Shown here in pieces: positions 30,401 through 41,300 of a stretch of 64,000 nt of DNA. Under the pieces are notes generated by a model, which ran no database searches, was not told the origin of the DNA, and saw nothing but the letters and a program-made list of their open reading frames with translations. The position numbers and the translations under genes are program-made. How positions within the stretch are numbered: position 1 is the first letter of the stretch; the number at the start of each line of letters is the position of its first letter. Origin of the DNA: Deltaproteobacteria bacterium (GTDB lineage: Bacteria; Myxococcota_A; Polyangia; Polyangiales; Houyiibacteriaceae); contig JAXMNT010000027.1 in the NCBI GenBank assembly GCA_034670305.1, positions 39,125 through 103,124 on the forward strand, given 5' to 3'.

Positions 30401-33400
30401 GAAGCTCCAGTACACCGACGGAGACTCGGATCCGAACGTGGAACCGTGGCCGGCCCACTTCCCGGAAGTGATGACCCGCAACCACGGCTCGACCACCGAC
30501 AACCTCTTTGTGAGCCCGTCCGCGGTTTTGCGCATGGACAAGAACGGCGACTTCGCGGGTCCGGTCGACCTGGCGCTCTTCGAGATGGGCCGTGGGCGCG
30601 CCTACTCCGTGCGCACCCTGACCACAGGATCCTGCGCGCCGGGTGGGCACAACCGAGGCATCGAGTGGACGTTGTTCCCCTGGCATCTGTCCGGGGACAC
30701 CCCAGTCGAACGCTTCGACGACGCCATCGACGACTGCGACGACAACAACCCCGACGGGAGCGCGGACCCGCTGTTCTACGACCGCGACCTTCCGATGGTG
30801 GTGCGCACGATCAATGGCGACGCCGCGCTCGGCAACGACGTCACCAACGCGTTGTCCGCCCTCTGGGTACTCGAAGAGGACAGGGACTCTTACTCGTTCA
30901 CCAAGTTGGTCCGCAGCGTCCTCTACGGAGAAGAGATCTCTTTCGGGCCGAACACCGAAGACATCGACGCGCTGACGGGCTACTGGAGACGCACCACGAC
31001 GACCACCATGGGCATGCACGGCGCGCTCGACGCACTGTTCCTCGAGCTGACGGGACGGTGCTTCAGCAACCTGGTGCTTCCCGGTGGCGGTGGGGACCTC
31101 GGCTGCCAGGACGTGGTGGGCTGTCAGGGCTACTACCCCGATTGTCAGGCGAACGCGGGCGAAGATTTCGACTTCGACGTCACGTTCGACGGCAACCGAG
31201 CGTTCATCGCGAGCGACGGGCTCGACCACAAGGACGTGCTCGCTGGGTTGGAGATGCTCTGCGCCGCGGCGGAAGAGACGAGCGACGGGACCGGCTCCGA
31301 CTGCACCTCGATGCCCGAGATTCACAGCGTCGGGGATCTGTTCGCGGCCCAAGGCTACTTCGAGTGTCAGGCCGACAGCGTCCGCAACAACGCGGCGGGC
31401 ATGATCCTGCGGGACCTTCCACGACAGGTCGTGACCTTGCTCGGCAGCGGCGGCACCAGCGGCACGACCGGTGCTGGCGTCAGCGGCGAGATCGCGGCAG
31501 CCACCGACGAACTCCGCGCGGCGCTCATCGAACTCTCGGACTCCTCGACGCAGATCGGCGCGACCGTCGACTCGTTGGGCGCTGCGGTCGGCGGGCTCCG
31601 GTCGCGCTCTCAGCAGATGTCGATCAAGGCGGAGATCGGCCGGTGGCAGCTCGCATCGACGGTCCTGAACCAGGTCACCAGTTGTGTCTCCAAGGTGTCC
31701 GAAGCCGCCGGCGGCATGAACGCGGGTGCGGGCGTCTCCGCCGGCGCGGTGTGCGCCAACTCGGCCGCACAGATCGGCATCGCCGCCAGCATGACCACGC
31801 TGAACGAGGACCTCGATGAGGCGGTCCTGCGCGAGTCGCTCTACCGGTTCGAGCAGGAGTTCAATGGTGCCGTCGCTGCGCTCTCCGGGGCGGACACGAG
31901 GCTGCGCGCTTCGGTGGCGCGCATCGAAGCCGCGATCACCCGGATCAAGAACCTGCAGCGCCGCGGACGCCGCGCGCTCGCGAAGGCCCTCATGCTCGAC
32001 TCGGACCCGGGGACCGCGGGAGAGGAAGGCGCGATGGGCCGCCGCTTCTACGTCAACACCGTGATGCGTCGCCGGATGAACACGCTGCGGGCCCGCTACG
32101 AAGAAGCGCACCGCAACGCGGTGCGGACCGCGTTCCTCGCGAAGATTGCGCTCGAGCAGCGGCTCGGCATGGCGATGGATCAGATGACCGACCCGCTCAC
32201 GCTCGTCGACGAACCGCCGGCCGGTTGGCACATGGACGTGTGTTCGATGTCCGGCATCGACTACGACCGGATCCGCGACACCACCGTGCCGCCTGGCGGG
32301 GCGGAGGCACCGGCGGAGGGCGTGGATGCGCCCGAGGACTACGCCGGTGAGTACATCGGGGACTACGTGCGCCGCCTCGCGCTGGTGTACGAGTCTTACA
32401 GCATCGACTTCCCGTTCCAGGACGGCACCGACACCACGGTGCTCTCGCTTCGGGACGAGATCTGGCAGACCCGCGCGCCGTGTTCGGTGGGGACGCCGAA
32501 CCTGCTCTACGAAGCGGGACAACTCGACCAGATCGGTGGCGACACCCGGTACGGCTGGGAGGTCGAAGGGTGCGGGATCTACGAAGACTGGAAGGAAGAG
32601 GACCTCGGTCCGCAGCCGGCGTGTGTGAGCGCCACTCCCATCCGTGAGGACACCGGTGTGTTCGGCCGCTTGGTCTCAGGCACCGACGTGCTGCCGATCC
32701 CGGTCACCAGCACCGAGTCGGGCGCGGTCCCGATGTACGACCTTCGGTTCGGGGTGGAGAACCCGCCGATGGACGGCACGCTCGAACTCCAGACCCGCAC
32801 CCGCGATACCCACGTGGTGCAGTGGACGGACGAGGTCTTGCCCGTCGGCCGCTACCGGCTCTCGTACTTCGAGCGCACCCCGTCCCGCCGGCGTGGTGAC
32901 CCGGATTTCACCCCAGAGGTGCGGGTGCTCGCCCGTCGATCGATCTTCGACGCAGTAACGGGCACATACACCCACGACAGCACGCCCATCGCCCTCGAGA
33001 CACCGGTGCCCTCGCCCATCGAACGACGGGCCAACTGGCAGCGGCGGTACTTCTTCGTCGACCTCGAGAGTCCCACTCGGGTGGGCATCTCGATCCGACC
33101 CCGGCGGCCGATGGATGGTTTTCAACGGGTGCAGGTTGGCGCGCTGATGTTCGAAGACGTCACGTCGACCGTGGTCGGTTCGTTGAGCGAAATCGTCAGC
33201 GACTCGCCTCGGTTGACGCGGGCGAACGCGTCCCCGCCGCCGCTCTTCTTCAACACGACCCAGACCCGCGACCGGGTGCAGACCGTATGCACCGACACCG
33301 ACGGCAGCGTCTTCCGCGACAACGCGTGGACCCGGCATTGCGTGGGTCTGTGTCCCGATGGGTACGGCGACTGCCCCGGTGCGCTGCAGCAGCACTGCTA

Positions 33401-33893
33401 CTACGAGACCTCGTTCACGCTCGACCCGGAGCGGCTGCAGCGGCAAGGCGTGCTCGATGGCGCGGGCTTCGCGTTCGGCAACTTCAACTACCGCGTCGAA
33501 CAGGTCGCCCTGAACGTCGTGGGCACCAACGTGCGTGACTGCGAAGCTGGGGGCGGCGGGGCGACCTGCTACGCGTCGGGCAACGTCAGCTACTCGATCG
33601 TGCACGACGGGCCCTACCCGGTCCGCAACCACGGCGGCGGGCTCTACGACGCGCCGCTCTTCCGCGGCCGGGTGGAACGCGCGCGCGCACTGGCCGCCGA
33701 ACGCTACCTCTCGAACCCGATGAGCGGCACCGACCGTTCGCTCATCGAACCGTACCTGCGCAGAGAGCTCGTCGGGCGACCGCTGAGCGGCACCTACTCG
33801 GTGCGCATCTGGGACGACCTGGCGCTCGCCTGGTCGAACATCGAAGACGTCCAGCTGATGCTCAAGTACCGCTACTGGACCCGGCAGGAGTAG
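27420..33893 (+). CDS. Giant Cys-rich lipoprotein (2157 aa) with TcA-like channel and TcB-binding C-terminus
   Basis: VLATSC lipobox-like; long helical hairpin around a Gly/Ala tip; AFLAKIALEQRLG; VLSLRD; NYRVEQVALNV; GRPLSGTYSVRI..SNIEDVQLMLKY. ATGA overlap with the protease stop; alternative start 27408. Confidence 0.75.
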   Translation: MSVGTNRVRWTGICALSVVLATSCIGDIADPELDVASLDEANERMRRRMNIRITRGEGDTFEERELTPDELVGAFEERCDELIGRACLDVGGDVCDALHCGSERSLCIANEFLNLTTDTVETIDLEVDGVLGTWDLPAQSVGAKAALTQAALDAAGSGADSAYQLLLLSYVYRQSPPPPSLRRCAQNPIVEGGVRRDEAAATLHRALLDVAFEAAEQTNRWSLALADGQHSDRPNIDESARDALLLSAGSRSSAARAWVDGEPGLDAINEVSESGFCPEPRLSPEARRALELFRLSGLPPARVLDFDIPLADLVEQDVLPRLALLLGAPHLDAPPPDSISLDEFLEGFGLGRAAVLEARTMLAGEIRAHGRSLTALVPEDSVPALEGLDYHAATATAPPPPLASYWAAVARYRKRFATTTIPDFGSAASENSVSSITAGVVGQSRLLAHLVNADGSEAWERHVQEVFATTYGDNAALRSGLARVCVGNSADPTLQVRFDSDVPGQTVRVVLGHDGLQCAVRGSVDGAPCDLDQHMLPGALVERDNGLLSPYAHRYAANFADGVGSERFEHAADNPLYANDERFVLPFFLVAEQSGDGPGAYREISGTFVHVPKPFAASSARYICDEFAIVPEADQRVLEALAPSTGYCGASAQSCAGIPIDQRLPLENELISDGDAFESSWRHYLNLAQTSAEHADRLGEDLIRAGLEMDVRAEQAIDELEELCGVSINVSDIGAMVPPGSDPVEYAMTMVDDADQARLAACLGDSATVPWVTLGDQPICFTHDGTPQSFCEGVDGCPSPTSGACPTDWVKAEALGFFTLTEEGAADMAQDQTVDPPPCEQIAALGNLPTEAARISATDAILAHPMFELDNLQRLARQLGWEAYPGDYSTVTLDGSNWLSTGNYLAEPGAGEPAWPCGASPASYDCDVTNGGLFCEQLGDACPGAGADPYLNSNRYERARMNDRLARAVLAAKIIAGVELNDIRVPYYPRTNTPKLQYTDGDSDPNVEPWPAHFPEVMTRNHGSTTDNLFVSPSAVLRMDKNGDFAGPVDLALFEMGRGRAYSVRTLTTGSCAPGGHNRGIEWTLFPWHLSGDTPVERFDDAIDDCDDNNPDGSADPLFYDRDLPMVVRTINGDAALGNDVTNALSALWVLEEDRDSYSFTKLVRSVLYGEEISFGPNTEDIDALTGYWRRTTTTTMGMHGALDALFLELTGRCFSNLVLPGGGGDLGCQDVVGCQGYYPDCQANAGEDFDFDVTFDGNRAFIASDGLDHKDVLAGLEMLCAAAEETSDGTGSDCTSMPEIHSVGDLFAAQGYFECQADSVRNNAAGMILRDLPRQVVTLLGSGGTSGTTGAGVSGEIAAATDELRAALIELSDSSTQIGATVDSLGAAVGGLRSRSQQMSIKAEIGRWQLASTVLNQVTSCVSKVSEAAGGMNAGAGVSAGAVCANSAAQIGIAASMTTLNEDLDEAVLRESLYRFEQEFNGAVAALSGADTRLRASVARIEAAITRIKNLQRRGRRALAKALMLDSDPGTAGEEGAMGRRFYVNTVMRRRMNTLRARYEEAHRNAVRTAFLAKIALEQRLGMAMDQMTDPLTLVDEPPAGWHMDVCSMSGIDYDRIRDTTVPPGGAEAPAEGVDAPEDYAGEYIGDYVRRLALVYESYSIDFPFQDGTDTTVLSLRDEIWQTRAPCSVGTPNLLYEAGQLDQIGGDTRYGWEVEGCGIYEDWKEEDLGPQPACVSATPIREDTGVFGRLVSGTDVLPIPVTSTESGAVPMYDLRFGVENPPMDGTLELQTRTRDTHVVQWTDEVLPVGRYRLSYFERTPSRRRGDPDFTPEVRVLARRSIFDAVTGTYTHDSTPIALETPVPSPIERRANWQRRYFFVDLESPTRVGISIRPRRPMDGFQRVQVGALMFEDVTSTVVGSLSEIVSDSPRLTRANASPPPLFFNTTQTRDRVQTVCTDTDGSVFRDNAWTRHCVGLCPDGYGDCPGALQQHCYYETSFTLDPERLQRQGVLDGAGFAFGNFNYRVEQVALNVVGTNVRDCEAGGGGATCYASGNVSYSIVHDGPYPVRNHGGGLYDAPLFRGRVERARALAAERYLSNPMSGTDRSLIEPYLRRELVGRPLSGTYSVRIWDDLALAWSNIEDVQLMLKYRYWTRQE

Positions 33894-35356
33894 TGGTGCA
33901 GGGGCGCAGGCTTCGGGCCGTCTCGCTGTCCTGTGCGGCAGCTTTGGCTCTGTGCGGTTCGGGGTGCGACCCGGACGGTCCATTCGTGGACGTGGGTCCC
34001 GCTCTGGATGCGGCCCCCGATGGGTACGCAGCGCCGGACGGGGCCGCCATGGACGCACCGGTGGCGGTAGACGGTGCGCCACTGGATGCTGCGCCCGACG
34101 GAACGATGGCGGATGCAGGTGCGGACGCCGCGCCGTGTCTGTGCGTGGAACGCGCGTGTCACGTCTCGTTCTGCGAAGACGCGGTCTGCCGCTACGAGCC
34201 CCTGGACGGTGTCGCTTGCGGCGAGGGGGTATGTCACGCCGGCGCTTGCGAGCCGCATCGGTGCGGGGACGGGGTGCGCGCGCGCACCGGGGCGGCGCGC
34301 GAAGGATGCGACGACGGCAACACAGAGGACGGCGACGGGTGCGACGAGGTTTGCGTTCCGACGCCTCTGGCCGTCGCGCACGAAACGGAGGCCGTCGCGT
34401 TCGAAGACCTCGCGGTGGTCGCTCCGCCGGGCGCGCTGGTCGCCGTCTGGATCGAGCAGACGCGTGCGATTGCGCAGCGCCACGTGCGGCTCTGGTGGCG
34501 CACCCAGCGGGCGGGCGCCTTCGAGTCGAGCGTACGTACGCTCCGGACCGGCTTCGACGTGCTCGGGGTCGAGGCTGCGCGCAGCGGGCCGGACGAAGTG
34601 GTGGTCGCGGTACAGACCGTGGCCGGTATCGAGCTCTTCGTGGTCGGTGCCTCTGACATCGATTCCGTCCGAAGCACCGGCGATGCCGACGACCGCGAGG
34701 TGGCATTGGCGGGCACCGAGACCGGCCACGTCGTCGCGTGGCGCCGGCGGAACACGGTTTGGCTGCGCGAACGCACCCGGTTCGTGAGCGCCGACCAACT
34801 CGTCGCTTCCGATGCGGTGGGGGAGGTCGCGGTGGGCACACGCCGCGATCCCATGAGCCGGCGCGGTGCGGTGGTGTACGAGTCGGAGACCGGCTTGCGA
34901 CGTCGCAGCTTCGTCGACGGAGTTCCGACGAGTGAGGCCCGTGCACTCGGGTCCGATGCAACGACACCCAGGGCGAGCGCGTCGAGCGATGGCGTGGCGT
35001 ACGGGTACACCGAACACGCGGACGACTTCGAAGGCGACGTGCGCGTGCAGTTCGAGGGCCGTCACACCGTGGCAGCAACCGGGGCACGCGAAGTCTTGCT
35101 CGAACTCGCTCCGTTCGAAGACGGGTTCGTCGCCCTCTACGGAGAGGGGGCGTTCGAGTGGCCCAACATCGCATTCGACGACGCCGCGTTCTTGCCACCG
35201 GAGGTCGACGACCTCCGAGCGCTCTTCACCCACGCCACGACTGGACACCACGCGGCGCTTGCGGCCAGTGGCGACGGAGTGGTCGCAGGACTGTTCGCGC
35301 GGATCGACGACAGTCCACACCGACAGCTCGTTCTCTACTCCCTGCCAGGCACCTGA
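33893..35356 (+). CDS. Cys-rich lipoprotein with myxobacterial CGDG..CDDGN repeat and beta-rich C-terminal domain
   Basis: CGSGC lipobox-like, DAAPDG linker, CGDGV...EGCDDGNTEDGDGCDEVC; TAGTG overlap with the upstream gene. Confidence 0.8.
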   Translation: MVQGRRLRAVSLSCAAALALCGSGCDPDGPFVDVGPALDAAPDGYAAPDGAAMDAPVAVDGAPLDAAPDGTMADAGADAAPCLCVERACHVSFCEDAVCRYEPLDGVACGEGVCHAGACEPHRCGDGVRARTGAAREGCDDGNTEDGDGCDEVCVPTPLAVAHETEAVAFEDLAVVAPPGALVAVWIEQTRAIAQRHVRLWWRTQRAGAFESSVRTLRTGFDVLGVEAARSGPDEVVVAVQTVAGIELFVVGASDIDSVRSTGDADDREVALAGTETGHVVAWRRRNTVWLRERTRFVSADQLVASDAVGEVAVGTRRDPMSRRGAVVYESETGLRRRSFVDGVPTSEARALGSDATTPRASASSDGVAYGYTEHADDFEGDVRVQFEGRHTVAATGAREVLLELAPFEDGFVALYGEGAFEWPNIAFDDAAFLPPEVDDLRALFTHATTGHHAALAASGDGVVAGLFARIDDSPHRQLVLYSLPGT

Positions 35357-35357
35357 C

Positions 35358-38300
35358 ATGACCTCGCTGACCCTCCGGTTGCTCATCCTCTCTGCGCTCT
35401 TCGCGTCGAGTCTGCTTCTGCGTCCCGGCACCGCGACCGCACAGCCCGCCGACCTCGGGACCGACCCGGGGCTCGACTCCCGGTTCGAACAAGGAGCGGC
35501 GCTTGAGTCCGAACTCGAACCCGAGCTCACCGAACCGATCGACCGCGAGCAGCGCGCTCGGATGGAGGCCGCCGCGGAACTCGGCGCAGACGCGCCGGGA
35601 GAGATCGAACCGGTCGCGCTTCCATCCGGTGAAGCCAAGAGCGCGGTCGAACCTTCGCGGGTCTCGTTGCCCGCGACCGAAGGCAGCGTCGAAGGCATGG
35701 GGGAGTCGTTCACGCCGCATCTCTCGAGCGGCACCGGCACCTTCTCGGTGCCGATCGCGCTTCCGGGTGGACGCAACGGGGTGCAGCCGTCGCTCGGTCT
35801 CGCGTACTCGACCGGCGGTGGCAACGGCGACGTCGGCTTCGGTTGGGGACTCGGGGTGCCCTTCATCGCGCGCCAGTCCGACCGCGGTTTGCCGCGATAC
35901 TTGGACGGCGCGGCGTGGACCGAAGAAGAAGACCGCTTCGTCTACAACGGGGGCTCCGAGCTCGTGCCGGTCGACTCGGCAGGCATGGCGGAGGTCGATG
36001 CGTCGGGCCTCGGGTACGACGCGGCCGGGGTGCCCGAGGACGTTCGCGGCTGGCAGCAGTACCGCGCGCGCATCGAAGGCGGCTTCATGCGCTTCTTCCG
36101 ATCGCCGGACGCGCGGCAGTGGGTGGTGCAGTCTCCTGACGGCACCCGCTTCGACTTCGGTGCGCTGTCCTTTGGCGACGGACCGGCGGACATCGACACG
36201 CGGCTCTCGCTCGTGAGCGAGCGTCCGGATGGCGCCGGTCGCATCGGCCGGTGGCTGCTCACCCGGACGAGCGACGCCAACGGTTCGACCATCTACTACC
36301 GTTACGCCCGGAGCGCCGGCCACCACACCCTGCGCGACATCTTCTACGTCTCGCCCGCTTCGTGTGGGTCGACCGCGGGTGACCTCGTGGAAGCCGCCGA
36401 CGCGCAGCGCCGCTGCCGGGAGCCGCTCTCCGACTACGCGGTGCGGGTCTCCGTGCGCTACGAACCGCGCGACGACGTCTTCACCCGCTACGTGCTCGGC
36501 TGGGCCGAGACGATCGGCGCGCGGGTGCGCGAAGTGCGGGTGACCGCGGCGCAGGACGTGGTCGGTCAGCGCTACCTCGTGCGGCGCTACCACCTCCGCT
36601 ACGACCCGAGCTCGTACCACGCGCTGCTGGCTTCGGTGCAGGTCGAAGGCCGGCCGGAGACGATGGACCCGCACGCGAACGTCCCCGCGTTCGAGCTGCT
36701 CGCGGAGGACGCCGTGCCGGCGGGAACCGGCAGCGGCCGGACGTTGCCGCCGATGCAGTTTCACTACACCCAGGGACCGGCCGGCGGACCGGCGGGCTTT
36801 CACGCCTTCGACCCGACGGTGCACGCGGTCACCGACTCGCCGGATGTGTCCGTCGACGAAGCGCGCGCGGATCTCTTCGACGTCAACAGCGACGGGCTGG
36901 CGGATCTGATCGTGACGGACCCCGCGCGCTACCGGACTGCAGGCGGACAGCCCGCGGTGGGCGTCTACTTCAACGGCTTCGCCGGCACCGCGGCGGATCC
37001 GGCGGGTCACGCCGCGATCTTCAGCGCGCCCGTGATGGTGCCGATGCCGCCCGCGCTCGCGGGCTCGCTCGCACTCGGCAACGCGAACATCGTGCCGATG
37101 GACGCGGACGGCGATGGGCGCAGCGATCTGCTGCACATGCCGCGGCGCGACACCTACGGCTACTTCACCGCGGCCCGCGGCAACCCGGACCCGAACGCGA
37201 TTCAGCCCACGGAGCAAGACTGGCGTTTCGTCTACGCGCAGGTCGAGCTGGATGGCGCGGCCGACCCGCGCCTCGACTGGCTGCGCGACGGCGGCCGCAC
37301 GAAGGTGATGGACGTCAACGGCGACCACTTGATCGATGTGGTGCAGACGACCGGCACCGCGATGCGCACCTGGCTCAACCTCGGTTGGCTCGCGGGCGGA
37401 GAAGGCCGCTTCGGCTCGGCGACGTTCGACGGCGACACCTGGACGCTCTCCACCGCGCCGATCGAGACGTGCCTTCTGCACGACGGACGCCCGCTCGACT
37501 TCTCGGACCCGGACGTGCGGGTCGCCGACATGAACGGCGACGGCATCCAGGATCTGGTGCGCCTGGCACGCGGTCAGCTGCGCTACTGGCCGGGCCGCGG
37601 ACTGAGCGACCGGGGCGGCGCGCTCTTCGGCGTCGGTCCCTCGAGCTGCGGGCGCGGCGAAGGCGAAGGCCGCGAGATCGAGATGACCTCGGCCCCGACC
37701 GAGTTGAACCCGGACCTCGGCGGTGTGTTCGTGACCGACGTGAACGCGGACGGCGCTTCTGATCTCGTGCAAGTGCGCTTCGACGAACTCGACGTGTGGT
37801 TCAACCGCGGCGGCAGCTCGTTCACCTCTCGGGTGACGTTGTCTGTGCCGATGGCGCCGGGTTTCGCGCCGCGGGTCCGGTTCACCGACATCGACGGCTC
37901 CGGCACGACCGACTTGGTCTACGCGAACGCCGGCGGCTGGGTGTACTTGGACCTGCTCGGTGGGCAGCGGCCGCGGCTTTTGACCGAGGTCGAGAACGGC
38001 CTCGGCGCCAGCACCGAGCTCGAGTACGAGTCGAGCGCGGTCGACTACCTGCTCGACCTGCAGGACGCGACCGAATGCCCCGGCTGCGAGACCTTCGCCT
38101 GGCAACGCGACGGCCGCACCGACAGCGCGATGGCCGGCGGCGGTGGCGGCTCCTGCGACGGCGACGCGCAGCTCTACGAGCGCAGCGGCGAATGCGTCTA
38201 CCGCAGCTCGGGCTCTCCGGTGATCTCCACCGTCGTGCGCGCCATGCGCACCCGCGATCACTTCGACCTTCTCGGCCGCGAAGAGAACGTGGTGGAGACC

Positions 38301-41300
38301 CGCTACGCGTACCACGACGGATACTACGAAGGCATCGAACAGGAGTTTCGCGGCTTCGGCGCCGCGGACGCGGTCGCGGTGGGAGACGCGGACCACCCGA
38401 CGCAATACACCCGGACCTGGTTCCACCAAGGACGGCGTCCCGACGCGATCGCGAGCGACCGCTTGGCCGACAACCCACGCGAAGCACTCAAGGGCCGCAC
38501 CTACCTGACCGAGAGCTTCGACGAAACGAACGTCTTCCTCTCGAGCGCGCACGCGAGCACCGCAGTGCGCCGGCTTGCGACCGGACTCGACGGCCGCGGC
38601 GTGTGGTTCACCTACGGCTTCCGAACCGACGAACTCCGCTACGACACCGCGCCCTTCGAACCCGGCGGTGGCGCGCTCGAGTTGCCTCGTGTGCGCTTCG
38701 AAGCGGTGGTGGGCGGCGGCATCCCCGAGGGCGGTGACGTGGAGATGGGCGATCTGCCGGTGCGTGGGTCCCGCTGGGCTTGGATCGGCGGCTCGACCGA
38801 CGCGGTCGACAACCTCGGCCAGGTCCTGCAGTCGACTGCGCACGGCCGGCTCAAAGGCGAGGACGACGACGCGCCCCGCAGCTACGACGAAGCCATCGTC
38901 TCGCACGCGTCGCACACCGTGCGAAACGAACGCGGCCAGTGGATACGGCTTGGGACCAGCGGGTTCGTGACCGGGCACGGCGCAGCGGGGCGCTTGTCGG
39001 AGACCGAGACCGACTACGACGCACTTGGACGCGTGGTCGCGACCCGCGCCTACGCCGGGACCGACGGCGCCGCGTACGACTTCGGCGCGCTCACGCTCAC
39101 CGACCAAGTGCTCGAGTCTTCGTCCCGTTACGACGGCTGGGGCAACGCGCGGGTGGTCTGCTCAGGAGCGGATCTTCGCGGCGCCGCGGCCACCGAGTGC
39201 CTTCGCTACGCGGAGATCGATTTCGAGGAGACCTACCACCAGCTTGCCCAATCCGAGCGGACCGCGCTCGATGGATCCAGCGCTTCCTACTGCGCGGGCA
39301 CGAGCCCGTTCTGCATGCTCGAAGCGAGCGCGACCTTCGACCGTGGCCTTGGCGCGGCGCTCTCGAGCACCGACGCGAACGGCCTGCAATCCCGCGTGGT
39401 GCTCGACGGAGTCGGCCGTCCCACCGCGAGCTTCGTACCCGCCGTCAATGGCTGCCCGGCCAACGTGCCGAGCGTTCGTATTTCATACGACCTGGCCGAA
39501 GCGGGCCGGCCGGTGAGCGTGGTGCAGACCGAGCAGCTACTCGACTGCGAGGACGCGAGCGCGACCATCACCGCGCGCAGCTACACCGACGGCGCCGGCC
39601 GCCCGCGCGCGTCGCTGACCCGGGCCGGCGCGGTGCGCTGGGAGCAGAGCGGGTTGGCCCGGTTCACCGCGCGCGGCACCAGTCGCGAGGTAAAGACGAT
39701 CCCTGAGTGGATCGATTCGCCCACTTATGTCTCCGCGGTCGCCTGGTCGGTGCAGCCTTCGACGCGCGTGCGCTACGACGCGTTCGGCCGGCCGCGGCAC
39801 GCGTTCGCAGAAGACGGGTCGCGGAGCGAAGTCCGCTACCACGCGCTCTCAAGCGACGCGTGCGATGCGCTCGACCTTGGCACGAACCCTCAGTTCGCCG
39901 GCACCTGCGCGACCGAACGCACCGACGGCCACGGCCGCACCATCGACGCGGTGCAGCGGCAGCGTCGGTACGGCGGCGGCGACGAAGTGCACCGGTTGCT
40001 GACGACCTACCGCGCCGACGGCCACCCCCTCACCATCACCCGCGCGGAGACGGCGTCGGGTGCAGTGGGCGCATCGGTGGTGGACGGGCACTCGAGCACG
40101 CGAACCTTCACCTACGACAGCGCCGGACGCCGGCTCGGCTCCACCGACCCCGACACCGACAACCTGGGCGCGCCAGCCGGCGCACAGACCTGGCGCTACC
40201 TCTTCAACCGGGTCGGCGACCTCGCCGCTGTGCGGGACCCGCGCGGCTGTGGCCAAGACTTCTACTACGACCGGGCCGGCCGTTTGCTCGGGGAACGCTA
40301 CGTCGGATGCGCGGAAGCGATGGCCGTCGAAGAGACACCCGACGAGTCCGTGCCGGCCGGCTCGGTCGGGCTCGAGGTCCTCGCCAGCGCGGTCCCGGTC
40401 GACGTGCGCAGCGTGTACGACCAGCGGCCCGACTGGGCGGCGACTTTCGGCGCGCCGGCGAGCTTCGATCTTGGGCGCGCGGTCGCGGTGAGCGACCGCG
40501 GACAACGTTCGGTGCTCGCGGTGGATGGCCGCGGCCAGCCGGTGTGGGAAGCGCGCCAGATGGCGTTGCCGAACTTGGCGCCGGACGTGCCGGTTCGGCT
40601 GACTTCGGCGGAGCTCTTCGACGCCGAGCCGGTGGCGCCTCGAGTGCGGCGGTTCGACGAAGCCCACACCTACCTGTCGACGACCACCTACGACCATGCA
40701 TCCCGGGTCGTCTCCCGCACTCTGCCCACAGACCCCGACTGGGAGACCCTGGGCGGCGCAGGCGCGGCGCCCGCGGTGGCCGGCGCGATCACCTACGACG
40801 TGCTCGGTCTGCCGCTGACGATGGCGGTCGACATCGGCGGGGTGCGCCACGGCATCGTCGACGCGATCGACTACACCCGGCAGCGCAGCCCAAGCCGCGT
40901 CCAGTACGGCGACGGCACCGTGAGCACCTTCGCGTACGATGTGCGCCAGCGGCCGCGCACCGCGCGGACCATGCGCGCCGCGACCGGCGCGTCTGGACTC
41001 AGCGCGGTCACGACCGCGTGCGCGCACAGCTACACCTGGGACGCGGCGAACAACCTCGTCGGCCGCACCGACGAACGGAATCCGAGCGAGTGGGGACCCG
41101 GCTTTCGGCCGCGCGCGGAGATGATCGGACACGACGCGCTCTACCGAGTGAGCAACCTGGACGTCGCGTACCGCGAGCCAGACTGGCGCTGGAGCAGCGT
41201 GGATGCTTCGACCGACTGGCGCGACACCCGCGCCGCGGAAGGCGCGGCGGACCCGATGCGCCGCCGGCCCGCGCCGATGGCGCCTTCGTTGCCCGACGAG

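Noticed and set aside
28155-32522. 1455-aa minus-strand ORF and other long antisense ORFs (35226-39107, 54426-57425, 15929-18469 upstream part, 59109-61778, 9584-11590)
   Set aside because: Shadow frames of high-GC genes. They have no motifs and fully overlap well-supported genes on the other strand.
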